Source: the human T2T-CHM13v2.0 reference genome, Homo sapiens. Taken from it: a stretch of DNA of 64,000 bases. Location of the stretch: NCBI RefSeq assembly GCF_009914755.1, contig NC_060927.1, one strand, 5' to 3'. The notes below the pieces were generated by a model. It searched no databases, was not told the DNA's origin, and worked only from the letters and a program-made list of their open reading frames with translations. Position numbers and translations under genes: made by a program. This document shows, in pieces, positions 36,228-49,310 of the stretch (position 1 is its first letter; each line of letters starts with the position of its first letter).

Positions 36228-36903
36228 ATTATTTTATTTTATTTTTATGTTTATTTATTTATTTTTTGAGACAGGGTCTCGCTCTCTTCCCCAGGCTGGA
36301 GTGCAATGGCTCCATCTCAGCTCACTGCAACCTCCACCTCCGGGTTCAAAAGATTCTCCTTTTGAGAATAGAAGTACAGAGCAATGAGAGGTGACACAAT
36401 GCCCTTTCTATGGCATGGTGCAAGCCCAGACTTTCAGTCATATTATTTTTAAGATAACAAAATTACTTGTGTCATTAACATATTACTTGTTTATCCAAGA
36501 GAAAAAGATGGGAGATAATTGCATTTTTTTTTTCTGTAACACAGATGTATGTATATTCTAGAGTTTAGTACCCTTCTTGCATAAGATTACAAATAATAAA
36601 TAATAATAATAATATGAGGCTTTGGGGCTTAAATCTATATTCCAGAAAAAAAAAAAAAACCAGTAAGCTTTCAAAGTACATAATGTCAAAAGACAAAATG
36701 GGAGCGGCTTGGCTGTCTCAGCATCCCAAGTAGCTAGGGCTACTGGCATATGCTACCACGTCTAGCTAATTTTTGTATTTTTTGGTTGAGACAGGGTTTC
36801 ACAATGTTGGCCAGGCTGGTCTCCAACTCCTGACTTTAAGTGGTTCACTCACCTTGGCCTCCAAAAGTACTAGGATTACAGGCATGAGCCACCTCACCTG
36901 GCC
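36228..36903 (-). mobile_element. Old Alu (Jb/Sz-like) split in its right arm by a 354-bp insertion (36361-36714)
   Basis: The Alu reads ...ttcaaaagattctcct | insert | gtctcagcatcccaagtagct...gagccacctcacctggcc. The two halves rejoin to the consensus gattctcctgcctcagc. Confidence 0.93.
36371..36705 (+). repeat. Inserted copy of 32878-33232
   Basis: About 90% identical by eye (5 mismatches in the first 61 bp), same orientation. Confidence 0.95.
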
Positions 36904-37541
36904 ATTTTATTCAATAATATTGATTTGTAACATTTTCTTAACTAAACTTAATTTTAAGATGCCTTTTCCAAACCTAGAAGCGAAGTTTTGATGCAATTCT
37001 TTATTATACCTGTTTTTCATTGCTATTGTTTAAACTCCTCATAGACTTTCTAATATCATATGGCTTTATTTGAATAAAAAATTAAAAGTAACTTGTTAAA
37101 TATGAATTTGACAAATACTAATATTAGTCAAATCATTTTCTTTGGCTAGAAGTATTGATCATCAATTTAAAGAGTGATGTCTGTTGCAAAATATGCATGG
37201 AATTTAGAGTGCTTTTATTTGACAATTAAATCAAAATTCTACCCACATATAATTAAATCCTGTCAATAAATAATATTATATATAAGTCAAACTGATTAAG
37301 CATTTGTGCTTTTAGTCTTATAAGTTTAGTTTACATAGTTGTGTTTGCTTTAGTAAATAATGTCAATGCTAAAAGCAATGTATATGAAATGGTAGAATTT
37401 CAATATAAGTTCTTACATTAAAAAACGCTGAGTGCATTGTAGGTAAACACAGAGATAGCATATGCAATGTAAAAACTTTTTTTACTTCATTATCATAGTA
37501 CATTTTAAAGCATTTTCAAATTTGTAAAGAATTGTCTCAAT

Positions 37542-37745
37542 TATAGCAGTGAAGAAAGTGGGAACTAGAGTTACAGTGTCTGAGTTCAAACCAAGTTTTA
37601 CTGTTTATTAACTATGCGACATGGACAAGATATTTAAACACTGCCTCAGAGTTCTCATTAGTAAAATTGGAAAAATAATAGGTCATTTTACATAGAATTG
37701 AAGTAATGCTTAAAAAAGATAATACCTGCAAAGCATTTATAATGG
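37542..37745 (+). mobile_element. MIR
   Basis: tctgagttcaaacc...taactatgcgacatggacaagatatttaaac...gcctcagagttctcattagtaaaattgg...gataatacctgcaaagcatt. Confidence 0.8.
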
Positions 37746-38479
37746 TAATGATTAAACAAATTTTTACTAGTTTTTGTTTACTTATGTCATAATATGTTTC
37801 AATATTTATGTTTACATATTTCAATAACATGTAAGTGAGGCACAGCTTTAACTATTCATGACAGATCAGGCTAGTTGAATGGAATTATACTCATGACTAG
37901 AGAGCATGAATATTTGTTCTGTTAATTTATACAACAACGTTGCTTAGGTGGTGTCACTATTCTGACACAGATATACATGGAAGAGGGAGACAGGAAACTC
38001 CTAACTCTGAAGTAAATAAATAGCCAAATGTTAAACGCCATATTTCTTACAAAATTTATTAATTCATTGGATTTTAATAAATTTTAACTTGATTTTTTAC
38101 TGACAGTTCAGTGAAAGCATACTTTGTGCTAGATGTATGTATACATAACTTCAATAATATCAGTATGTAATATCCCATTATATCAATATAACTTCTTTGA
38201 AATGTTTAAAGTTATTTCTCTCATTAATATTTAAACAAATAATTAAATATTAATATAAAATAAATTATGCAATGGGCATTTTACTCTTTCAAACTTATAA
38301 ATATATAAAGAAAATTAGAAATTAGCATAAATAGTATGAGGAAACAACAGAAGTCAGGAGCAATAGGTTGGAGACTAATTATTTATTCATTAGTTTCAAA
38401 ACAGCAAATTTGAAACTGAGGCAAATTAGAGTGCAATGCTTGTGGTAATTTTTCCAGGCTGTTGTGAATTATCTATTAT

Positions 38480-38640
38480 TTCTTTGACTACAAAGGGGCA
38501 CAAGAAAATTTTTTTGGAGTGATGTAATTCTATCTTGGTTATGTTAGTCATTATATGACTATGCATTTATCACTCCTCACCGAACTTTATGCTGAAAGAG
38601 CAAATTTTACTACATGTAAATTGTATCTTAATTTTTTAAA
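38480..38640 (+). mobile_element. Old L1M (MC/MD/ME) 3' end
   Basis: gactacaaaggggcacaagaaaattttttggagtgatg...aaattttactacatgtaaattgtatcttaat. Confidence 0.7.
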
Positions 38641-39860
38641 GTCTCCTGGATATTGAAAGATAGGGTTGAGATGGCATCCTTCTGTGGGAACCAGAACCTT
38701 AAAATCTTAAAAAATAACTGACTTATTACTGAAATTAATGGCCCAGAATTGCTAAATTAAGGATTCCATTTAAGACAATCTTTGAAGAGTCTGTTTGGTT
38801 CTGCTAAATTCGATTTTTATTTTCCCTGTCTCATGCTGGCATCCACTGTCGTAGTTAAAATTTTGTATAAAAATGTTGCTTTTCAATTTTTTGTTTGGAC
38901 TTCTCATTAGCCAGAGTTTATCAATAGCATATTGTTCTATTTTTACTCCTTTCTTTTCTTTTTACGCTGGTGAGCTATACAAATCATTTCAAGAAAATGA
39001 GCTCTGCTAATGCCTTCTGGAGCATGTCCCTTGTAAAACTGCAACTTACTAATAAAACACAGTGGATTTGATAACCTCCAGTGCTTTGAGAAAGAGAAAA
39101 TGTGAGCTGAATATTTTGGCCATTTTTACAGTATTCTCTATTCTTCAGATGTCCTTTCTTCACTGATTATTTACTTCCCCTTTCCTAAAAATCACACAAA
39201 AGAAAATGGTAAACTTGCTATAGCAGCTAGGTTAATAAGGCTCTTTGCTCACTATTCTCTGGGGTGTTTTTATGAAAAATAAATAAATAAAACTTGGCCA
39301 AATAATTGCACATTGATCAAGAACCTAAAAGTGGTATAGTGGTGACTAAAATAATGGATAAAGTGGAGCCATTAGCATGCTCAGTGCCTGTCTACTAAGC
39401 AGGAATTTATATCCACAGTGTAGTACAAAGATGGCCCATAAAAAATGGAATGTGCCACTATAGAGATATGAGTAAACTGCTAAATGAGTTGATCTCTGTA
39501 ATTTTTTTAACCACATCTGAACACTATTTTAGACTTTTAACTCTCCTTAAATAATATATATGCTCATTTACTAATTTTTGATATACAAACATAATTTCTG
39601 ACATTTTGGTAAACAAAGAAAATATGCTTTTTTATTCCAGGTCAAATTATGAAGACAAGAGGAAAGACTTAGAGCAAATAACAGGATATATGTCTATCAC
39701 CTTAGAACATTTTTAGAAAGGAGAATGCAATTATTTATAATGAAGTTACATCTTTTATAGGACAGTAGATACTCTTGTGGTTTCATTGTCTAATATAATG
39801 TAATTTTAGGTTAGTTACATATTATTGCTCATTTCATGAAAATGAAGAAGAAGTAGTCCC

Positions 39861-40164
39861 TTTATTTTTCTTTTTCTTTTTTTTAAGATAGGATCTCACT
39901 GTGTCATCCAGGCTGCAACGCAATGGTGCAATCATAACTCACTGCAATCTCCAACTCCTGGGCTCAAGAGATCCTCCCACCTTAGCATCGCAAGTAGCTA
40001 GGACTACAGGTGTGCACCGCCTGCCCACCTAATTTTTAAAAATTTTGGTAGAGACGGGGTCTCACATCAAACCCAGGCTGGTCTTGAACTCCTGGCCTCA
40101 AGCAATCCTCCCACCTTGGCCTCCCGAAGTGCTGGGATTACAGGCATAAGCCAGCCTGACTAGC
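39861..40164 (-). mobile_element. AluJ
   Basis: Antisense dimer with J-type ctcctgggctcaagagatcctcccacc and ggcctcaagcaatcctcccacc. Confidence 0.93.
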
Positions 40165-40819
40165 GTGAAATATTTCCTTTTCCACTCACATAATAAGCTA
40201 CCAAGAGAATGTTATAGTTAAGGTAGTTCATTTTCCATTTCTAACCAATTAATATAATTTATATTCCATAAATTCAATTGCAATATATCATGTGATTTAT
40301 ACATTTAGTCAAACATGTATAAAACATATAATATATAAATACAGTGTGTGTAAATATATGTAAATGTGTATTATACAGTGAGATTTTTAGAAAAAAATAT
40401 ACCAAACTTTTGAATTTACAGATGGCATTTATATTCAAAGTAATCCATTGTATTCTTCCCAGTTAGAAGATATACAGATATTAATTTAATTACTTTAAAA
40501 TAGATAACATTAAATAACCATTTAGAATGGGATATAAAATTACATATTTCAATTAAAAATTGTAAGAAAGGTTTAAAAACCTATTACTTGCATGTTTTTT
40601 CTGTTCTTCTTTTAGCATAACATGCAAATGCATGTCAATTTTATCTGTTTCAAATTAGATGCCTTAGTAACCATACCTATTTCAAAGCTCGAGACAATGT
40701 CAAGGCACAGATCTAAACTTTGGGGCTTCCATCTGAGCTTTCAGGGTTTTTTCCAACTTGTTAAATGGTGGGCATTGTTTTTTTTTTAAACAAAGACTAT
40801 CCTGGTCGTTTGTAACGAA

Positions 40820-40822
<3 letters not shown>

Positions 40823-40872
<50 letters not shown>
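40823..40872. repeat. (CA)25 microsatellite
   Basis: Perfect dinucleotide run. Confidence 0.98.
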
Positions 40873-40874
<2 letters not shown>

Positions 40875-42139
40875 TTCACAAATTCTTCTTGAAAAAAATT
40901 GTGTGGCAAGAAATCACTTATGATAAAATCTCATGATGTAATTGAAAACAACTTTCTTTTCCCTAAAGGAACTAATTTTCATATAGTGAAATAATGAAGC
41001 ATTAGACTCACCTTGGTAAGATTCAAGCTGATCTTTTAAAATCAATTTCTACTGAAAGCAATGAATATAAATAGTGTAGCAAAGGAAAACACAACAAAAA
41101 TGTATAAACTCATTAACATGCCCTCTGCAAACATACATTTAAAGCATGGTCTCAGTTTTTTACAACAGCAGAATAGCACAAAAAATATACAGCAATAATT
41201 GATTAAATCAATGTGATTGCTATTTAACTTTACACATTCGCCAGAGTTTTAGATAAGATTACTTTTCTAGTTAAATGTCATCTGCCATAAAATTGTTGAA
41301 GAAAAGAAAAAACAAACTTGAATCCAATGAAGCTAATATAAGTTTGAAAAGTTCTTCAGTGGAAAAATGGATTGTCTTGCATTTCCTCTTATAAATTAAT
41401 TATTTATAAAATATCACCAAATGGACATACTTGAAATAATTATTTTTATTTACATATTTTTAAAAAATACTCCAACATTTTAAAATCATCTCCTTTCAAA
41501 TTTTAAGAATTTATGGATATTTAATGAATGATATCTTAACATTGTCCGGAAGGATGACACTTTCAAAAATTAGTTACTACGGGACTAGAAGCATAGCTCC
41601 TGCCAGTGTGGTAACTATACAGTTTAAGTATTATCATCATAAATTATAATAAGAAAAAATTTTCAAGAGGTATCATAGAGTAGAATCGTAAGCAATAAGT
41701 TGAAAATAAAAATCTTCAAACTTTGCTTCTTATTGCCACATTTAATAAAATTATAGGTTTTTCTATAACAAAACATTTTAAACACTTTCCTCAATTTAAA
41801 ATGATATAAATATACATTTATCATCCTTTAAAACTCTTCAATATGGTTACGTTTATAGCAAGTAAATAAAATGCAAAATTACCTAAGCAAAAATAAAACT
41901 ATTTGTCCACTGAAATAATTTGGGCAGTTATATATTTCAATGAATATTTTATGATATTTTTACTTATTGTTTTAGTTTCCCACTCAAATTAATAGCTAAC
42001 TACAAAAAATGATGAATCTATGATTATCTGGTAAAAGTTTTACAGAGATGTATAATAGCTATTTTAACCTATAACTTATTCTCTATTATTTTTCAGTATT
42101 TTGTATCAAGACTTCTTTTATGGTCCATCACATAATCTT

Positions 42140-42362
42140 CAACCTCTGCCTTCCAGGCTCAAGGGATTCTCCCACCTCAGCCTGCCAAAGTAGCTGGGAC
42201 CACAGGCACACGCCACCACACCAGGCTAATTTTAGTATTTTTTGCAGAGACGGGATTTCGTCATCTTGCCCAGGCTTGTCTTGATCTCCTGAGCTCAGGT
42301 GATATGCCCACCTCAGCCTCCCAAAATGCTGGGATTACAGCTGCGAGCCTCTGTGCCCAGCC
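42140..42362 (-). mobile_element. AluJb-like, lacking its 3' end and tail
   Basis: caacctctgccttccaggctcaagggattctcccacctcagcc...gagcctctgtgcccagcc. Confidence 0.9.
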
Positions 42363-42580
42363 AACATAGTCTTTCTTTTCTAACTTCATGTTCTATATGT
42401 TTGAGTGCAGCTTTCTATTAATATCAATTAGGTAAAGTTAGTTTATAGAGTTGTTAGATATTCTATATTCTTACTAATTTTGTCTTCTTGTTACAGCAGT
42501 TATTGAGAGACAGAAATATTAAACTCTTCAATATGATAATGTGCATTTTATAAAATATTCATTTGTATGAATTTCAGAAA
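42363..42580 (-). mobile_element. Old L1M ORF2 fragment
   Basis: tatcaattaggtaaagttagtttatagagttgttagatattctatattcttactaattttgtc...ttattgagagac resembles antisense L1 endonuclease-region sequence. Confidence 0.6.
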
Positions 42581-42604
42581 GTTAATATATACATATGAAC
42601 TTTA

Positions 42605-42680
42605 TGTATGTGTCTGTGTGTATCTATCTTCTATCTACCCATATCTACCTATCTCTATCTACCTATCTATCTACCTACCA
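42605..42680. repeat. Degenerate (TG)/(TCTA)n repeat
   Basis: Direct reading. Confidence 0.8.
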
Positions 42681-43244
42681 CCTTTCAGGAACTGATAGTT
42701 TTGACAGAATTGAAGGAGACCATAGACCTACTTCAATCCTTTCATTAGTCAGGTATGGCCTGAATATGGACAGTTTAACTATTTTGCCCCAAATTAAAAA
42801 GATAATTAAAAAAATAAAGCCAAGCATCTCTGAAATTGGTTTCCTCTTATACTCCTTTGGATAAGCCATTTAAATATTATGTATTTTATGTGTGCATAGC
42901 CCAATATTTATATTCATGTCACTCCCTTTTAATAGTTTGTCAGTATTTGAATATATTCACCTGTATTTTATATATATTCTTGTTCATATTTGTATATCAT
43001 CAATTTTTATTTGATGTCTATGTGTACGTGTGTGTTTGTGTGTGTGTGTGGCGCTCACCCAGAAAGATGGATATTAGATCCTTTATAGTAGAGAAGAAAG
43101 AGTGCTAGAGTTCAAATAATAAAACATAACATCTCTTTTAAAATGAATGTTTCAGTATTGTGCAAATATGATACTTTCTGGACTTAAGAACTTCCCCTGT
43201 ATTATAATAGAACTGAAGTAGGCAATTGTACCAACTGTAAAACT

Positions 43245-43696
43245 CATAGTTTAAGAATACTTACTATGGATTAAGTACTGTTCCAAAAACTTTATATGAA
43301 TTAACCCATTTAATCCTCACCTAATATTTACGTAGTGACCATCATGATCATTTTTATTTTACACATGAGGAAAATAAACTCAGAATCAAATGACTTGTGA
43401 GAAGGCAAGGTGGAGGCCAGACACGGTGGCTCAGGCCTGTAATCCCAGCACTTTGGGAGGCTGAGGCAGGAGGATCCCCTGAGTTCGAGAGTTTGAGACC
43501 AGCCTGACCAACATGGAGAAACCCTGTCTCTACTAAAAACACAAAAATTAGCCAGTCGTGGTGGTGCATGCCTGTAATCCTAGCTACTCGGGAGTCTGAG
43601 GCAAGAGAATTGCTTGAACCTATGATGTGGAGGTTACGGTGAGCCAAGATGGCGCCATTGCACTCCAGCCTGGGCAACAAGAGTAAAGCTCTGCCT

Positions 43697-43739
<43 letters not shown>

Positions 43740-43800
43740 AGGCAATGTGGAATTAAATATAAGCAATATGTCTCCCCAAGCTAGGATCTCAACCACTGTG
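43245..43800 (-). mobile_element. MIR split by the AluSp
   Basis: aagtactgttccaaaaactttatatgaattaacccatttaatcctcac...ttttacacatgaggaaaa...; resumes after the Alu TSD. Confidence 0.7.
43415..43737 (+). mobile_element. AluSp with an A40 tail
   Basis: Sp diagnostics cctgaccaacatggagaaaccc, gccattgcactcc and ggcaacaagag. TSD gaaggcaa(g/t)gtgga at 43401-43414 and 43738-43751. Confidence 0.93.
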
Positions 43801-46800
43801 TGATATATACATTACTAAAAATATCTAAGGTCTGGTTCTCTGGTGAATTTGTCAGTTTTTATCTGATTTATATACAAAATTAGAACATACAAAAATTAAG
43901 AACATTACCTTACACTTCTAAAAGTTTGACATATTTCAATCTTTTAACTGCAATTCTGTGTCTCAAAATCTGTTAATATAACCAAATAATTAGTTACTCC
44001 CTTTAATGTGACTGGACTAATAAGGCTTCTAAACCATATTTCTTTGTTTTCTTGGTTGACTTGACTCAATAAGCATCTCAGTAAATACTTAAATAATCAT
44101 ATTAGGAATACGTTTCAGGTAAAATGTTTACAAATATTTTTTGGAAGTATATAATACTTTTTTCAAACTTTTGGCATTTAAAAAGTTTTATAAGGTCCTC
44201 AAATGTTCCTAGTAATGTGTGTTAGTTTATTGTTGCCAGAATAAAATTTTATGATCTTATAGGTTCATATTCTAAAAGAATAAATTGTTCATCAAAAATT
44301 TGTATGGCTTTGTCAAACAAAATACTTTAATAGGGAAGAATAGCAGATAATATACAATTAAAATAATTTATATAAAATACCTACTAAATAATAATCAAAC
44401 TTCATAGTGAATAATTTTGATTTTTAATTCAGTTAAGCTACAAATTAAATGTAATTCAAAAATACCTATTAACTCTCTACATGTTTTTTAATGAATACTA
44501 TCTTTGTGTTCTTAGAATTTCTTATTTTTATTCAAGGCCAAAATTTAATTAAGAGAATGTAAGTAGTAGCTCAGTGTTTACTATATGCACCACTATGAAT
44601 AACTTCTCTCAGTTAGGATACTATTATCTAGGCTAATTTAGAAGCAATTTCAAAATCAATATTGAGACCCCTCCAGGAAAACAGGCTACTTTTTCATAGC
44701 AACCCCTGACTGTCACATTGCGCTTTAAACTACTTCTGCCACTTGAGACAGGTGAAGGTCCTTATTGGGTCTCCATGTACAGCTGGGTGTGTGTATATAC
44801 AAGGCTGTGAATATACACACATGTATTATGTAACATACACATGATGCACAGTAGAGAAATAATTATTTATAGTTTGCATAGATCACACTTAATAAGTTGT
44901 TGAACCTGGAATTTTTTATTTTGGCATTTTATCCCTAAATGACTTAACAGTGTCAGGTTTCAAAATCATACTGTACTTCTCTTGATTCATAGAGGAATAG
45001 ACAGCAGAGAAATAAAGTATATTAAGATAATCAGCAAGCTGGAGGGTATAGAATAGAAGAGGGGATTGCAAAGCAGGGGGCAAACAAAACAAAATAAATT
45101 TTTAAAATATCATTAAGTACAGAAAGGTAGTGGTGGTGGGGGTTGGGTGAATGCTGGAAGAAACAAAAATTGCCACAAGCAAGGTTTACCATAATCATTC
45201 AAGGAAAGCTTGTGCCAGGATATTAAATCTGCCTAGGAGACCTGAGCTCAAGGCCTTTTGGGGAAGTAAAGCAGAAGAGATAGACAATGATGTGGTAACA
45301 TAACACCAGAGGACTCAGATCTCATAAGATGTGAAGACATGATAACAAAAAGAGTGAAAGAAAATAATACACCCTGCCGGAATCCAGAAAATGTGCATAA
45401 ATTTTTTTTTGATTAAAAACATCTTAGTCATTTTGTCTCTGTAGTCTTTAGGGAATTGCTGAATGTGTTTTATATCAGCATATCAACAATGCAATGGCAC
45501 TAGAGATTTCCATTAAGGTTAGAATTACCAAATACTTATTTAAATATACCAATATTCAAAAATTTCAAAGGGACATTCATGAGTTTCATTTTTGCAAAGC
45601 AGTGATGCAGGCAGATACGTTTTGTTGTGTTTAACCTTGTGCAAAATATGATTTATCTGGAACAGACCAGGGATGGGTAGGTGGGGAGTGGGGTGGGGGG
45701 ATGCCAAGAAGGGTGACACCCCTTCAAAACCTGATATGGGCATTTTATAATCTTCTTACTGAATTCTGACTTTAATTTGTATCCTGTTTCATAAAAATTA
45801 AGTTTATAAGTTCAATTTTATATTTTAGTTTAAGTTCTCTTATTTTTTTTCTTTAGTTGTTGAACTATGACTAACAATTTTTTTTTTTTATTTTACTATG
45901 TCACTCATTTCATGCTGTGTCTGGCCAGGCAAGTGACATAAAATACCTCCTAAAGTGTAGAGAAATTGCAGACAAGTAAGTTTCATTAAATAATTTGCTC
46001 ACCATATGTAGACCCGTATCCTTGAGTGCTACACAACTCAGGTTTGAGGTTAATTAGCTCACCAGTTTGGAGAGAAGTAAATGTTGGCTTGTCCCTACAC
46101 TACATGTAGGAAACAGGAAACCGTGTTCTTATAGCACCCTACTAAGAAAGAAAAGGTTTTGTTTGTTTTTTTTTAATGCTTCATAAAAATGGGCGTATTT
46201 ACGCATCCATTCATTTATTATGACTTCTGTGCCTTTGGATAAACAAAGTTAAGACTATTGTTTGCTATCTTTTCTAATTTCTAGTTGGTGTCCATTTTTA
46301 TACAGTCACATTTTCTTAAAACGTTTATGCCTGGGGGCATGATTTACTTTGAATGTGGTGCAAGTTGAATTAAAATTATGTTTACTATTGGCAAGGTTAG
46401 AAGATGAAATTCTACTTACAAATCTATGCCCCTTAATTATTTAATTGGGATCATCTTCATTAAAATTATTGGCACATAAAGTTATTTTTTGAGAGGAGAA
46501 ACTATTTGGGCTAAAATATAACACTTATGAAAAATAAACACATCTTCCCTTACCAAACATGGCAATATATTGAGAATTTCTTCTGAGTGGCTATTCCCAG
46601 AATTTTTATTTTCCAAGTTTAGGCAAATAATTTGAAAAGAAAAAAAAACTATCCTTCATATTATGAGTAAAAGTGACAATAAAAATTAATCCTGCTTACA
46701 ATTAACAAATTACCAACTACCTTTACTAACATGTGCATCTTTATCATTCTAATTTTTGCAAATGTTTTCATTTTAGAGCTCTTCCAATTATTTTAACATG

Positions 46801-46871
46801 ATTTAGTGCTAATTGATTTTACTCAAACAATTCAGAAAAATGGTATATGCTCTACCAATATTTTCCCTGTG

Positions 46872-46873
<2 letters not shown>

Positions 46874-46911
<38 letters not shown>
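46874..46911. repeat. (TG)19 microsatellite
   Basis: Perfect dinucleotide run. Confidence 0.97.
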
Positions 46912-46914
<3 letters not shown>

Positions 46915-47026
46915 TCTAGAATTTGAAATGGAAAGAAAATGTAAGGGATAGGCCTGTAGATCTGAGCAGTTACTTGGCATATCAATGACCCCTGTAAACA
47001 GGCTGAGACTCTATCTGTACCAAGAT

Positions 47027-47163
47027 AGATTGCTTGAACCCAAGATCACTTGAACCCAGGAGGTCAAGGCTGCAGTGAGCTGTACTCTTGCCATTGCACT
47101 CCAGTCTGGGCAACAGGATAAGACTTTGTGTCTTAAAAAGAAAAAAGAAAAAAAGAAAATAAA
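47027..47163 (+). mobile_element. Alu right-arm fragment (AluJ/FRAM)
   Basis: gatcacttgaacccaggaggtcaaggctgcagtgagc...ctgggcaacag plus an A-rich tail; the first ~16 bp are duplicated. Confidence 0.85.
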
Positions 47164-49131
47164 TGCCAATGCCCAGGCCCTGACCTTTCTCCGAGGCTCT
47201 GATTTATGTGGCCAGGATGCTAGGGAGAGTAGGAAGAGGGACTAGAAATAGGTATATTTTAGGGTTTTCCAAATAAAAACATCCAAACATAGGACTTAAT
47301 TGCTTAATTATAACATTAATAAATGTATCATTTTGATATATCAAATGTATCATTCTGTTAGATACATCAAATGTATACATTTGATTTTATATGTATCATT
47401 TAATACACTTCTGGCCTGATTTGGCCTAAGATACAAATCAGGCCATTTGTCCTGTCATTCAACTCCAACAGGATTTTACTTTTCCTGAATTTTTGGCATT
47501 GTAATCTTCTCTTTTGAGAACTCTATGAATGTAACTTACTCATGACACTCTCTATTACCACTCTTTCACACATTTCTGACTTTACTTAAGAATAAAGGAA
47601 ATGTTAGCATGGGTTATGTGATACTCATAACATTTCCAGCTACATTCAACACTGGCAAGTTGTCTACATAGTTCATAAGCAGGTGATCTGGGAAAAAAAT
47701 CCATGAAATTCCATACTCTACATGGGGCAGTCAGGTCAACTGACCAAGGGGAACCTTTCTGAAGAAAAAGGAGAAAGAGTCTGAGAATCAGACATATTTG
47801 GCTTTGAATTAAACAAAAGCACTTGTCTTTAGGTGACAAGTTACTGAATGTCTACGCTGGCCTTAGCTTTCTCAAGTGAAATGTGAATGATTATTCATTC
47901 GTAATCCCATACCATAAATACTACTTTTCTTCCTTCACTAACTTCTCAATGGTGTTGATATCCTAATTCTACAACTGTAACACAATATTATGACATTTTT
48001 CTAATACAATAAAAACAATCTTAACATATTTTTGCTCAGTAGAAAAATTTTGTCAGGCTTTTTCCACAGTATCTATGATTGTAATGGTAGGCTACACATT
48101 TTATTTTATTGATGAGAATAATGATCACTTTTATAAAGCCGAAAATATGCTTAAATTCCTTAACAGCTAATTCATACATCAATTTGGAATTGATGTATAT
48201 CTATTTTCTGACAGCTGGATTATATAAGAAATTAGGATATATCTATTTTTTACACATCTTTTTTTCATGATTTTTCAATGTTTTTACTCATCAAATATTT
48301 CATGAAGTATTTGCTTCTACTTAAAGTAACAGAAGAAAACCTAATTTCCTGATGGTTATTTAGTCAGCATCAAATTTATTTGCTTCAGGGTCAGTTTATG
48401 ACTAATGTCTGCCCCATTCTCTTTACTTACTTATCCGTGACTGTGAAGTTAGTAGGCTATGAATTGTTTGTTTCCTCTGACAGGATACTTTACCCAAGAA
48501 TTAGAGAAAAGCAGTAGCTATTTATGCAGTAGCGAATGTGACTGTATCTCCTCTTTTCTCTGAAACACAAGATCCATATAATTAACATATTTCATATGTG
48601 ACTAATAATGCATAGTCCTCTCTTCTAACTTCTCAATGCTTATGGATCTCTTGATTCTTCACTGCACTGAGAATGTTGCTAAAGCTAATTGGGAGAGTTT
48701 TGAATCATCCCTTAAGATACTTTACACTTGGTATAGTTTCTAGTATATCTTCTTTGAATGGTTATTTCATTTAAACTGTCACTAAATTAAAACCCCCTTT
48801 TTATTTCTAATCATTATGTCTATTAATTGAATTTAATATCAAAGAATAATTTTATTCTTTATATTCTATATATTGTTAGGACTATATAGCACTTTAGAGT
48901 TGTTAAGAACTAAAATTTAAAATAGCTTACATTTATTTTGAAACAAGGTATAAATATAAAATCTGACGAGTTGCATGCAGATAATTAAAGTTACATCAGG
49001 CAAATAATTAAAACATCTAATGATATGCATGGGATACAAATAAGAAACACAAATAGGCAAATACTCAATATATTAATATAGTAATTAGACATTATATGAA
49101 TTCTTGTATATATGAATATATTAACCTAAAC

Positions 49132-49310
49132 TAGAGGTCAGCAAACTTTTATTCATAAGGCATCAGATGGTAAGGCTTCTTTGCAATACTTAACTTTGCT
49201 GTTGCAGCAAAAAAGCAGCCATACACAATATATAAATGAACAAGGGACACTGTGTTCCAATAAAACTTAATTAACAATAAGGACCCAAGGTGGATTGCCT
49301 TTCCTAAAAC
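49132..49310. mobile_element. MER58A fragment
   Basis: agaggtcagcaaactttt...aaagcagccatacacaata...tgtgttccaataaaactt. Confidence 0.8.

Noticed and set aside
44788-44821. Hairpin tgtgtgtatat...atatacacaca as a possible pre-miRNA
   Set aside because: The stem is short and made of low-complexity TG/TA/CA sequence, which is expected by chance.
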